NCBI RefSeq assembly: GCF_018977255.1
Contig: NW_024704742.1
Location: 115,570,001-115,634,000, forward strand
DNA: 64,000 bases
DNA from: Callorhinchus milii
Taxonomy: Eukaryota
Direction of reading: 5' to 3'
Part shown: in pieces, positions 38,944 through 51,800 of the stretch
Layout: each line of letters starts with the position of its first letter
How positions within the stretch are numbered: the stretch's first letter is position 1
Translations under genes and position numbers: made by a program
Notes under the pieces: model-generated
Seen by the model: only the letters and a program-made list of their open reading frames with translations
Database searches by the model: none
What the model was told of the DNA's origin: nothing

Positions 38944-39981
38944 AATACCTTTCGATGTCTGTCTTGACATTACACTTTGCGGCCATGAACCTGTGCCCTC
39001 TTGTTCTGCTGTCTTTGTTATCTGCAAGTATGTGGTGGGTTTACTTTCTCAGTTTAAAATCCTAAATACTGTACAAGGTCCCCTCTGAGTTTCCAAGGCT
39101 GTTTCATTCTTGTAACATTAAGATCATTGATTACTCCCTTCTCATTACATCATAGCATCATCACCAGAGCACTTGGCCCCTCTTCTGAGATATCCAGTTT
39201 AGTTTTAAAACTGGCGGAGGGGAATTTCACATTGAAAAATAAACTTTTTGATAAATAATAATAATAATCCTTGCATTTGATATAGTACCTTATCACGTCG
39301 TTGAGACATCTCAAAGCGCTTCACAGGATATACTGTAAAGTGAATTGACTGCATATTTTCAATCAATAAAAAANTAGGATAAATCCGAACTTCCTCCTGT
39401 ATATTCTGCACATTTTCAGTTATGCTTCTAACACTCTTAACGTTAAATGTATGTTGTGAATATTAGAAATATCTTAATTTCTGTAATATTTCTACAGTTT
39501 TACTACAATTTATCAATCTACTGGGATGTACTGATATAACTCTCACTCATATAAATAAAATATAGAAAGGACATGTCACCAAGGATCAATGATCATGAAA
39601 GGGATCTAACCCTATCTTAGACCTAGAATGAATGACCTGGGCTGTGATGGTTGGGTCATGAATGCTAAAGTGTTGTTGTATGCTTCCAACAATTTCTTTA
39701 TATTTTGCTTTTATCATAAAAATTTTGTCAATTTCAGGTACTAAAATGTTCTAATAATTTATGTGGGCATTTATACTCAGTTTTATGAAAACAGAAATTG
39801 TGAAGTTTGGCCACGCATCAAGACACAGGGGACAATAATTCCCATTGTGACTAAGTGACTTTTTCTTGTTCCAATAAATGAACAAATAAATTCTGTACAG
39901 TTTTGCATATAGATAATCTACCAACCTCCTTGAGATGATCTGAATGAAAGGTCACTTTGTCTTTAGACACAAGATTCTTAC

Positions 39982-41274
39982 CTTGTGAGTTAAGGAGTGC
40001 TGCTTGAGATGGTGGGGTTGAATGAATTCCATCCCACATTCAGTGCAGATGTAGGGACGGATATCTTTGTGTTTCATCATGTGATTTTGAAGCTGACTTG
40101 GATACTGGAATGTTTTGTCACATTCATTACATTGATACAGAATGGGACCTCGGTGAGACGTCAGATGTCGCTTTAGCTGGGCTAGAGTGGGGAAGTCCAG
40201 TCCGCACTCCACACAGATGTTGTCTCGACCATTTTCATGCTTGGTTTCATGGGCTTTGAGCTCACTTGGATAGGCAAAGCCTCTTCCACAAATGCCACAA
40301 GTATATGGTTTCACATCACTGTGCTGCATCATGTGTCGTTTGAGATGACTAGTTTGTGTGAAGGCCTTGTTGCAAACAAGGCATTTGTGAGGTCTGGTAC
40401 CCTGATGTGTCAGCATGTGAGTGTGCAGGTGGCTCAGTTGTTTGAAGAGCTTCCCACACTGAGAGCAAGCATGAGGCTTAATACCACTGTGCCCCAAGAT
40501 ATGTGTCACGAGGTTATATTTGGATGTGTACGACTTTTCACACATTCGACATTGCCAGCGTTTCTGATCGCCACCCACATCAACATAATAGGTATCATCA
40601 ATCTTAATGTTGACATCAACTCTTTCGACCCTGTTTTTCTGACCATTTTCTTCTGCAATATGGAAGCCTCCAATGGGATATCCAAGTAGATCATGATTAT
40701 AAAAGGGATGTCTAAAATGCAGACTTGGTGGTGCCATAACAAAAGGGAACATAAATTCAGGATGAATATTAGCAAAGTATGGCCGGGGAGAGTGCATCAT
40801 CAGAGGACTTGCTGGCCACATCACGTTATGCTTAATGGATTCAGGTTTCAATCCCATAGTACCAAGATGATCTAAAGTTCTGAAGAACTGAAATCCTCCG
40901 TTGCTCAAGTCTATCATCTGGGCACCGGCTGTGGGTTTTGGTGATGGTATGTCCATCTTGATGTCTTCAGGCTCTTCCATTTCTATTGAAAAGTCGTCTA
41001 ACCGGGAAGTGTGAATTACTTTTGTGGGAGTGCTTTTCCGCTTACGGGACCCTCCTTCAGAGTTTACAGGGAATCTTTCCAGAGTTGGGGTAGACACATC
41101 CTTCCCAGAATACATGATGCCCGATTCATAGTTGTCTCTAAAGATTGTATATTTGTTTGGTTTAGCAGTAAGTGAAAGAGGCTGCATCGAAAATTGTGGA
41201 GAAGTCTGTATTTCCTTAAAATCTCTGAAACTTGGAATATGTTCATCCATTTTGATGATGTACTTGCTCTCCAT
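39982..41274 (-). CDS. ZNF366: ZNF366/DC-SCRIPT first coding exon (N-terminal region and C2H2 fingers 1-7)
   Basis: The ORF from ATG 41274 contains RKRKSTPTK and IDDTYYVDVGGDQKRWQCRMCEKSYTSKYNLVTHILGHSGIKPHAC...HLKQHSLTHK, which matches ZNF366 as I recall it. It ends at the donor AAG|GTAAGA (intron starts 39981). Length 1293 nt, phase 0. Confidence 0.93.
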
Positions 41275-41819
41275 GGATGTTACCTCTGATTTTTTCCTTT
41301 AAAAAAAGAGTAAATAAAGTTATAAATAAATGTATTTATAAATTTGAGGATAATTAAACCAGTCCGTTTTAATTCAATATTAACTCTTAGCCACCTTAAA
41401 AAAACAGAAATTCAAAAAGCCAACAAAATAGATGCTGTAAATAGCTTTTTAAGAGTTAAAAACATGAAGAATTATCATTTGTACAAATTTCTCTCAATTT
41501 ACCGGATCAATATAACTAACAGATATAGATTACATCTCATTCAAATTTAAACTCCAATGAAGTTATAATTTAAATAATTCAGACAGCCTGGAATAAATAG
41601 AGTGCCATGTATTTTATTTCTGTCCGTCCTGCATTTGCTCACTATTTTATTAGTGCCTAACCAGTGAAAAGCATGTATCTCTGTAAGCTTTAGTGAGGTT
41701 CAAATTGGATATTCTAAACCTTTAGAGAGACACTGAACTATCATTCATAGACTCGTAGAAAATACGGCACAGAAGGAAGTCACTCAGGCTATTGCAGCAA
41801 AGGTGGGGATAGCTCCTTC

Positions 41820-42248
41820 ACCTATTATATTGATGTGAGTAGCGATCAGAAACAATGGCAATGTCAAATGTGTGAAAAGTCAAACACATCCAAATATAAC
41901 CTTGGGGCACAGTGGTATTAAGCCTCATGCTTGCTCTCAGTGTGGGAAGCTCTTCAAACAACTGAGCCACCTGCACACTCACATGCTGACACATCAGGGT
42001 ACAAGACCTCACAAATACCTTGTTTGCAACATGGCCTTCACACAAACTAGTCATCTCAAATAACGCATGATGCAGAACAGTGACGTGAAACCATATACTT
42101 GTGGCATTTGTGGAAGAAGCTTTGCCTGTCCAAGTGAACTCAAAGCCATTGAAACCAAGCATGAAAATGGTCGAGACAAGATCTGTGTGGAGCACGGACT
42201 GGACTTCCCCACTCTAGCCCAGCTAAAGTGACATCTGATGTCTCACCG
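41820..42248 (+). pseudogene. Inverted, disabled duplicate of ZNF366 coding sequence 40151-40593 (fingers 1-5)
   Basis: Aligns to the reverse complement of 40151-40593 with 26 substitutions and one 14-nt deletion (hand count). It has a frameshift near 41902, TAA at 42061 and TGA at 42229. Confidence 0.95.
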
Positions 42249-44395
42249 GTGATTTTAAATGAGCACTAAAACCGCAAGAGAATGTACTTTTGGTTTCTTT
42301 CTGATCATAGCCAGAAAGGCCATGTTTTCAGTTACTATGCCCCATAGTCTCTGGAACTCCCTTACTTTATCCCTCTGCCTTGTTCTTTCTCTATCTGCCT
42401 TTAAGTCCTGCCTTGAAACAAACCTCTTTGACCAAGCCTATGGCCAATTCCTCCTTCCCCCTCTCCCCTTTATCTTGCTCGGTGACTAATACTGCATCTG
42501 TAAAGCACTCCGATACATTATGCCATTGGGAGGGAGCTAAATAAATACAAATTGTGCTTGACCTACAAATAGATATGTTGCTGTTTCTGAGAAGAAAACG
42601 TGTTCAGATTATATCATTGCTATGGTGATGCGTTTCCGCATTTGTAAAACACCCAGTGGTCAAAGATAATTTACTCATGTTTTTATCAATGGGAAGATGT
42701 TATCAACAAAGTCGATACCAAGTTATAACTCAAAGGTGTTTGTCTCAGGCTGAAAGAAGGTATTCGAACACTATATGGATCACTGATGAGGCATTTGGAG
42801 TGTTACAATATCAGATATGTTAACTTCAAGAGAAATTTTACAGAATAGCATGAAGGACAGCACCATGATGATGCAGCTCCCCATTGAATAATACTATCCA
42901 ATGTTACTTTTATATAGCTCCTTTCACTTTGAGGTGATGTCCTAAAATGTTTAACAGCACTGGCTAGGCACCCAAACTGTGGGTGGGAGCCAAGAGTGCT
43001 GGGAAGAGGAAAGATGACCAAAAGTGCAAAAAAGTAGGCCTTGAGACAGACTTGAATGAAGTGGAGTTCCAGAGAGTGAGGGTAGAAAGGCTGAAAGCGC
43101 ACCTGCTGATGGTGGGGCGGGAAGGGGGGGTATATTGAAGCAGGCCAGCGCTTGCCGTGTGAAGGGAGTGGCTGGTTGGTAGGAGTTAAAGAGTTCACAG
43201 AGATAGGATGGAGCGAGACTATGGATGAATTTAAAAGTAGGAACTCACAATTTACTGATACAGAGTTCTATCAAATGGACCAAATCAACAATATTAAATA
43301 ATGGCTTGATAGGTCTTTGGCTAATGTAAGCAGTGGAATCTTAACTGTGGAAAATAGAAACATAGGAACATATTCTGTTCTTTTAGACTGTTCTGTCATT
43401 TTATTTGAATATGGCAGATCTTCTAATTCCATTTCCCCACCTTTCTCAACATCCCTTTTGTAGCCCTTATTTCCCAAGTAAAAGATACCAAATCTGCTGC
43501 ACATTACTGCCAATTATTCTGACTGTTCAAATATTATTGATGCGCAAACGAGATGGAACAATTTTTTGAGAAGGCCTTGTCTGCACACATGGCAAACTTT
43601 GTTTGTTACTTAGAAGCCTATGTGAATTTCCAAGATCCATAGTGAGGGCAGAACCATAATAATAAATAATAATCCTTGTATTTGATATAGCACTTTATCA
43701 CATTATTAAGATGTCTCAAAGCACTTCATAAGATATACTATAAAGTGAATATTACTGTAAAGTGTATTTTGTGCATGAAATGCGGCATCCAGTTGCGCAC
43801 AGCAATGTTCCACAAACAGTCATGGAATGAGTGACCAACCTGGTGATCCTAAGAGGAAGGCAATACTGAGGGAATAGAGAGTTTCACAATCTTGACAGTC
43901 ATTCCACATCAACCTGTGAAAACATTCTCCCGATGTAAAAGACCCTATGCCAAATGTAAAGATTATTATTATAAGCTCAGGGTTCTTGAAAATGCATTAA
44001 ACTTTAAATAGGACTATTGCAGATCGAAGAGGGGAACCGACATTGAGTGGGAAATGACACATATTTGCTGATCCATCTAATCCTGCTCTCTACCCTGGTT
44101 CTTGGAATGTATTCCTCTGCTTAGTGCCAGAAAAAATCACATCCTTTTTGTAAGACACGCCTATGCTTTCTCAAGGGAGAAATGTTTGTCTGAAAGAGAA
44201 TAATAACTAGATAAACACAGCTGTCGATGTCATCAAACTGAGCATTGGCTTGAGAGAGTTTCAGCAATGAAACAAAGCAGCAGCTGATATGTGGTTGGCC
44301 TATCTGCCTTAGCAACTACAAAACCCAGGCAATTATTTTTGGTGAGCCGAGTGTCTGACACATGTGGAAATCGATCACCATGGTAAGAGTGTCCA

Positions 44396-45895
44396 AATCA
44401 TAGATTTAGATAGATTGTACAGCAAAGAAACAAGCCATTTGGCCTAACAAGCTTGTGCCTGGGTTTATACACCACATGAGTCTTCACCCACCTCTTACTC
44501 CCTCCCTTGTGGAATCCTGTAGCTCAGCGGATCTAAAGGTTAGAGGAATTTTCTAAAGGATAGAGGGATTAAGGGATATGGGGATAGGGTGGGTAAATGG
44601 AATTAGGTTAGAAGATCAGCCATGATCTTATTAAATGGCGGGGCAGGCTCGAGGGGACGAATGGCCTACTCCTGCTTCTACATCTTATGATCTTATGATC
44701 TTATGGTTAGAGCACTCGCTTCGCAAGCGAGAGACCTGGGTTCGACTCCTGGGCAGGGCGAAACATTGAGCAAGTTTCCTTGCTCCACACACCTCTGTTT
44801 ACCTACTGGTAAGTAGGAACCCGGTTTTTAGTCAATTGGCGGATTGCTTTTATGTGGGTAATAATTCCTTCAAAAAAATAAATAATAAAAATTGGTGACT
44901 TAATCCATGACTGTTTGTGGGACACTGTTTTATGCAATTGGCTGCTGTGTTTCGCCCACAAAATATACAGTCAATTCACTTTACAGTATTTTCTTGAAGT
45001 GCTTTGAGATGTCTCGAAGATGTGATAAGGCGCTGTATCAAATGCAAGGATTATTATTATTTATTATTAAATCCTTCTCCCTCATGTGTCTATCTAATTT
45101 CCTCTTTAATGCATCTATGCTAATTGTTTCAACCACCGCTTCGGACAGTGAATTCCACTTTCTCACGATCTTCTCGTGAAGAAGTTCCTCTTAAATTCTC
45201 TTTAAATTCTTTTGTAACTATCTTATACTTTTGTTCATTGGTTACAGACCCCAACAATTCGAACCGATTATTTACACTGTATACTAATCTAATCAAACCG
45301 TTTTATGATTTTAAATGTTTCTATTAGGTCCTCTCTTAAACATCTCCTCTCTAGAGGAAAAAAGACCTAACTTATGTATTCTGTCCTGATAGAAGTAACC
45401 TGTTATCTACATCAACAACAACTTGTTCAACAACTTGCATTTATATAGTGTCGCACATGTTCTACACTGTATAAATGAGATGCTCTGAGATGCTAGCAGT
45501 GTTCACATAAGTAGCATCTCAGAGTGCCTGAACATTTATTCCAGCAAACCTATACTGTACTCTTTTCTTCAGTGTGGTGACCAGAACTGAACTCCATACT
45601 CCAAGTGTTGTCTAACCAAGGTTTTATATAAATTCAACATTCTCTTCTCACTTTTACACTGTATCCCTCCGGAAATAAAATCAGGACCCCACTGGTACTT
45701 TTATATGGCCATATCTACCCATGTTACTACCTTTAGAGATTTGTGGATCTGAATTCCCAGATCTTTATGCTCCTCTCTACTTGTCTTATAACTATATAGG
45801 CTATATACAGCTTCTTTATTTTTTTCTACTAAAGTGAATTACTTTGCATTTTCCGATGTTAAACTTCATTTGCCATCTATTTGCCCATTCTGCCT
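44396..45895 (-). mobile_element. Old CR1 LINE hosting nested insertions
   Basis: CR1-type 3' end at about 44396-44508. The body resumes at about 45068 and contains GTGGTGACCAGAACTGAACT and CCAAGGTTTTATA (FWSP and LYKTLVR motifs on the minus strand). Confidence 0.7.
44510..45067 (+). mobile_element. SINE, long subfamily, split in its A box by a CR1 3'-end insert (about 44531-44704)
   Basis: GGAATCCTGTAGCTCAGCGG, then an insert ending GAATGGCCTACTCCTGCTTCTAC(ATCTTATG)n, then GGTTAGAGCACTCGC. Confidence 0.85.
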
Positions 45896-48800
45896 TACAA
45901 AATCCTGGAGTTTGGCAAGAGCCAAATATTGGAGACCTCACTGGTTGTGCTGAAGTTTAACCAGCGTAAACCACCTAAATTACTATTGATATCACAGTCT
46001 GATAAGCCTCCTACTGTTTATCTAGCTTGGACCACTCTACCTCTTAGGGCTTTGGCTTGCAGTGTTTACTGAAGCTGAGTAGTAAGAATCTCCTTCCCTC
46101 CAACATCTGCTGATGAGTCAGGCTGGCAGGGTTGTCATCAGCAGTGCCCCGGAGTACTACGGACCCACCGAGATTGCCACAGAGAGTTGGCTCGATTCTG
46201 ACATTCTTTGCCAGCTTGACTCCAAGGAGACCCCACGTAAATGCAATAAACCTAATGGAAATGTATTGGCTCAAAAATTACCACAACCAAAAACCTCTCC
46301 TATTTCAGGCAAAGATCGACCTGCTGTGCATCTTCAGAATTTTCTACCTATATTCCAAACTTATAACCTTTTTGTACTACTGAGCTCTATAATAACTTTG
46401 AGGCTGTTGGAACAAATTAATTCATGAATTTGACCTGGGGATTATATTGGAGCCATTTTAAAACCTCAGTATAAGCTTGTCCATATCAAAGCCTTTCAAC
46501 ATCTAACTGTTTTCCAGTGGTAAGGTATTCCTGTGATTTACAGAGGTAGTTTCCCTGGCAACATGTATTGACTTCATGTAAAACCTTCAGACATAGATAT
46601 TACTCTGCTGGCGTCTGTGAGTAGAATGCCTGGTTTTATTTGTGAATATTAGTCACGACTAAATCAATAGTAATTATGCTTTAATTGACTAATTGACCTG
46701 TTCATTTCCATAAACTTTGCTGGATCTTAGAAATGGTATGATCTATACACTTTTTAATTGACAAATATTAACAGAATTTCTTCAAAAAGACATGAATGAA
46801 GAGCTTGACATGTCAATTGATGAATTAAAACTAGATTGAGAATAAAGGCATCATAATATTTGAAGATTAACAAATACAATAAAAGAAGGACCAAAGACAA
46901 AAATGTACCCATAAATAGCAATGTTCCACATCATTCTCAGCAAATCTCTATACAGTAGGAGAATTTACAAACAATAACAACTTGCACCTTTCACATGGGG
47001 TAGCATCTCAGAGCGTTTACAAAAGTTTTTCTGAAAACATTATCGTATCCACCAGCAATTGGAAGTCTGTGTGTGTCGTACATTAAAGGAAGGTTGCAGC
47101 TCTGATTACAAGAGATTCAGATAAAAAAGGCCCTTCAGCCTATTTAATTGCAGAGTATCCATACAACAGTTCACCCATTGCATCATCCAGCTGTTTAACA
47201 GATGGGAAAATAGGATAAAAAGTATAAATAGGTGCTAATACACCAAGGCACACTGAGTATGTTGCCAATGCAGGAGCTACATCTGGTCTAAGTACTGTAC
47301 TGTATTGTAATACATCTCTTATCTAATTTTCTTATTTAGAGAATTAAGTTTGTGGTCCTCATTAAACAAAGTCATGATAAACCAATATATGTTCCAGAAT
47401 GGAGTGTATAGACTGTAAGGAGAATTGGAATCATCATTGTCACTTCTCTGGACAAGGAAAAGGTATGGAAATATTCTCAGCATCATAACCCTTAAGACAA
47501 CTAGGAAGATGTACATCTTTAGCAACTAACTTGATTGGGAAAAAGCAAACCCAAACACAACTATCTGCAAATAACCTCTCCTTGGAGGAAGAATACTGCT
47601 GACAACTCTATTGACAAGTCTGCCTGAACTGAAATACCAAACAACAACAACAAATTACACTTGTATAGTGCCATTCACATTGGAAAGACGTCCCAGGATG
47701 TTGGACAATCAAGGGTTTTGGACAGCACTTGTATACTAGGGACTTATTATACAATACAATTTACATTTATACAATGCCTTTCATGTCGGGAGGATGTCTC
47801 AAAGCACTTCATAGGGCACCCAAGTTGGGCACTGACTCCTGCATTAGCACAAAAGATAAAGCGTGCACACACATACATGCACACACAAATAATCCTTGCA
47901 TTTGATATAGCGCTTTTCATGTCGGGAGGACATACCAAAGAGCTTAAAGACCCTACTCAGTCTAGACTTGCGGATGGTTGACTTTGTCAAGTGAACAGGG
48001 AAATTCAAGGCTTGCTTCTGTTCACATACACGGTATTCTGCTATTTAATTCAGAAAATATATTCAGACCAAAGAGTGTTTCAAAAAATATTTCTCATTGC
48101 AGAGGATTGTGAGAATGTGGAGTGATCTTCCCTTGGATGTAGAATTGATTGGGATATTTAAAAGGAAGATGTTTCTATGTCCATAACTGTGTTGCAAGCA
48201 GTTTATAACATCAATTCAGAGCAGTCCTTACTTATTGAAATAGTCACTGCCCCTTTACTTCTCTATGCTGCTGGGTGGGACATGGAGAATTTTTTAGTGC
48301 CCTGCGACTGTATAATATTTTCATGAGTATTTGCAAGTGAATCCATTAAATATAACTTTAAACAAAGACCTAGGCATCTCTGCTTGTCCTTCAGAATTAT
48401 TTTAGAAATTGTGTGTAGAAAGTGTTTGATGAATTTTCCTACCTTTTGCAGTAAAGCGCTCTGAGACGCCATCCAGCGTGGAGAACGCTATATCAATCCA
48501 AGTTGTTGTTGTTAAATAATGAATAGGACGTCCAGCACCTTGGACCATCCTCCCAATGTGAAAGGTGCTACACAAATGTCATTTGTTGTTGTTGAATACT
48601 TGCATAATACGATCTCTAGATGGTTAGGAGTACTTTGACAATTTATAAAATATTACCAATAATGGTCAATTTAAGGACATCTGTTAGATAATAAATAGTT
48701 GAAGGATATGAAATATGACAAAGCACACTGTGTTCTTACAGAGCTCATTACAGAATAAGACTGCCCAGTGGGGGAGACACTATCTAAGCCATAAAGAAAC

Positions 48801-51800
48801 CAAAGAATTCCAGGTAGTTTGGGGATTCTGACCAGCTGCCTTGTGAAGCAAGCTTATGATATTTAGCTGATCTCAGCCAGGATAGCAGTTGAGATACTAA
48901 CAATTGATCTTAGTTCAGTACTAGCGTGCTAGAGAGGTGAAAAAAAAATAGATAAGATTTCTGCTGAATAACTGATGCTGTAAAGTGTGTGCTATGTGAA
49001 CCCACATAATATGTGAGGATTAAGCTAAGCTGTGATACACCCCCCCCCCCCCCCCCCCCTCCCCACAGTTTGAGTAATGTAAGGGTGCTGGAATGTTACC
49101 AGTACCCATTAGACTGTAGGCCAGCAAATGCACCTTTGAAAGGAGAAGAGAACATTGGCAGCAAAAAAGCAATATGATAATAATACTGCAGTTTATTGTT
49201 CTTCTCTGACACAACTACCACAAGAATTTAGTTTGACACTGGCTCCACTATAACAGCTGGAGCTTACACAATGTGTGGAAAAGCATGCACATCATAATGT
49301 CACAGTGTCACTACAATGCATTATAAAACAAGTCTATCTGCTTATCAGTGTAAATTTGATACATTTGCCCCTTACTTCTCTTAAAGATCTAACAACAACA
49401 GTACCCTTCATATGGGGAGTGTCTTGGTGCATTTATCTAAGGATGGATGACAAGGTGAAAAGCAACACTGCTGTAAGGCTCCTATTTGGAAGAAACCAGA
49501 TCAGTGCCAAGTGCTGGTTAGTATAATCCGTTGGTGTGAGGGAGGAGGCAATATATAAGTGCCTTACTCCTAACAGCAGAGTTAATACAGCCAGGACATT
49601 CCCCCACGCAACTGAGTCCAGCCACATCCTTCAAGGGAGGCACTGAGCGGAGGTAACACACTTCCACACAGGAAAAGGGGGCATTGATGGAGACCTACCA
49701 CCCATTGGCTACAATTGGCACATAGCCTAGGGATATAGAGAGCGGAGAGAAAGGGATGAGAAATCATAGAATTATAAAATTTTGAATATTTATAGCATAG
49801 AAAGAGATCATTTCGGTCCAGAGTTTAGGTTTCAATTTTTTTAAAAAAACTGCGAAAATCTGTAGAAGGAATTTCAAGCTTAAAATGCTAATGGCAGTGA
49901 GGAGTATGAACATTGATCCTCTCCTAACAGCTCAGTGAAGTTCATCAGTTTGTGCACTGATGTTAGCATCAAACACTCCCTGCTCGGGTGTAGCAATGGG
50001 CAACAGTAGGCTTTAAACTCAACCTCACAAAGAGCATCCCCTTTCCACTTCTCACACCACCCATCTTTATACTGTATTCAAATGATCTGAAGCTTGTCAA
50101 TTCAGTGCCTACGTTTGCCTGGTTTGTAATGCAGTCAGTGCCCATCCACAGTAAACTAATTTACAACTGCAGCATTTTACAGTGGGATCTTTACTCCAGA
50201 AATGGGAGAAGACTTCATCCCTTCAGTCTGAGATGTTAGAATCCACAGGTGAAAGCACAATGTGCAAATCTACCATAGCATCCAATTGCTCCACAGAGTA
50301 GATTTCACTTTTGTTTTGTTCCATATGTCACTCAGTGAGAGCATATTTAGAACATACACAAACTCCTCATACTCTGTCTGAAGATATAGCTTCATTACTG
50401 TCACACACAAGTTCCCACAAGAGAATTCAAATGATCATACCCTAAATGTTCTCACCACTTTCAAAGCATTAAAGTCTCCAGGAAACATTGGGCTCTACAG
50501 AGGCTTTACTGATTTCAGATCTTTTGTTAAACCTGGATAATCATCTGTTGTCTGATTAAGATTCTGATGCAAAATGTATCTCAAGATTTTATCTTAGTGC
50601 AATTCTTGTGGAAATTCATGGACTAACAATCGAAAAGAATGTGATTGTTGAGCGGGGCATTTCAGTGGAAATCTGTGGATGTTTTGAGTTGAGTTGCTGA
50701 ATTAGGGAAGTGAAAACTTGCAGGCTTCTCTCCAGTGGTGTGAACATTATCCACTTACTGAAAACTGGGACCGGCTGTCTTTTATTGTTTTTTTCATTTC
50801 TCCCTGGGAATTTACCTTTGGGTGCTAGTGAGAACAGAGGGATTAACACTTCTCATTTTGATCATTTTTAGTTTCACTTCATTCTTCTGCTTTAAAGCAG
50901 GAATGACTGACTCACAGAACAAATAATCAGTGCAGCAATGCAGAAGGAAATTCCTTTTCCTTCAATGTATTTTGATTTGGGAAGAGTTCTCTTTATAACA
51001 TTCCAGTGCCTTGGGACATCCTCCTGACATGAAAGTTGCTATACAAATTTAATTTTGTATTGTATAAAAATATTTGTTTGTGTTTAGTGCCTAAACAGTC
51101 CTCTGAACCTTTCTGTTTCTCTTGTAGTCAATCAATAGTTTGAATCATGAAAGAAATAATAAATAATCCTTGCATTTGATATATCGCCTTATCATGCATT
51201 CAGATGTCTCAAGGCGCTTCATAGGATATAGTGTAAAATAGATTGACTGGTATTTTGTAGGCAAAAGAAACACGGCAGCCAGTTGTGCACAGCAATGTAG
51301 CATTGTTTTAGTCCTCGCAATGTCACAAATTCAACTCTTCTTTCATTGTCCTTTACCCGACAGAAGCTGATCAAAGGTTTATTCTCAGAGACTTTTTGAC
51401 TCTTGATTAAAATTTGTTTCTAAAAAGGATTCAACTTTTTTTTGTGAAGTAAACAGTGTCCAGTGGAGGTCAAGAGTTATTCAAAAAATTCACTCCCACA
51501 CCCAGCTATGGTGCCCGTCCAACAATGTCAAGCGCTTTGAGATGCCCTCCCAATATGAAAGGCTCTGTGTAAATGTAAATTGTATTGCACATTATCTTGT
51601 ATTCTTTCACTCATCTGTTTCCTTTTTGATATTACTATATATAATTTTGTTGGCTCTGATATATTAGTGTTGTACAATATGCACATTTTAGTCTGAATGC
51701 CAGAGACTATGGATTGTGTATTAAAAATGCCAGTTCTTCCTTTTTTCTTTCTAAGAATAACACTTGCTCAGTGTTGAATTCTACAGCCTGAAGTGTTGCA

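Noticed and set aside
40237..40875. Plus-strand ORFs of 150 aa and 60 aa
   Set aside because: Antisense shadows of the ZNF366 exon with no independent support.
41818..42195. ORFs of 125 aa (minus) and 63 aa (plus) as a second zinc-finger gene
   Set aside because: They derive from the inverted duplicate, which has a frameshift, stop codons and a lost zinc-ligand Cys (TGC>TAC), and no splice structure.
49039..49059. Poly-C run, and a G-rich run at about 55980-56000, as G-quadruplex elements
   Set aside because: Simple homopolymer or low-complexity sequence with no functional context.
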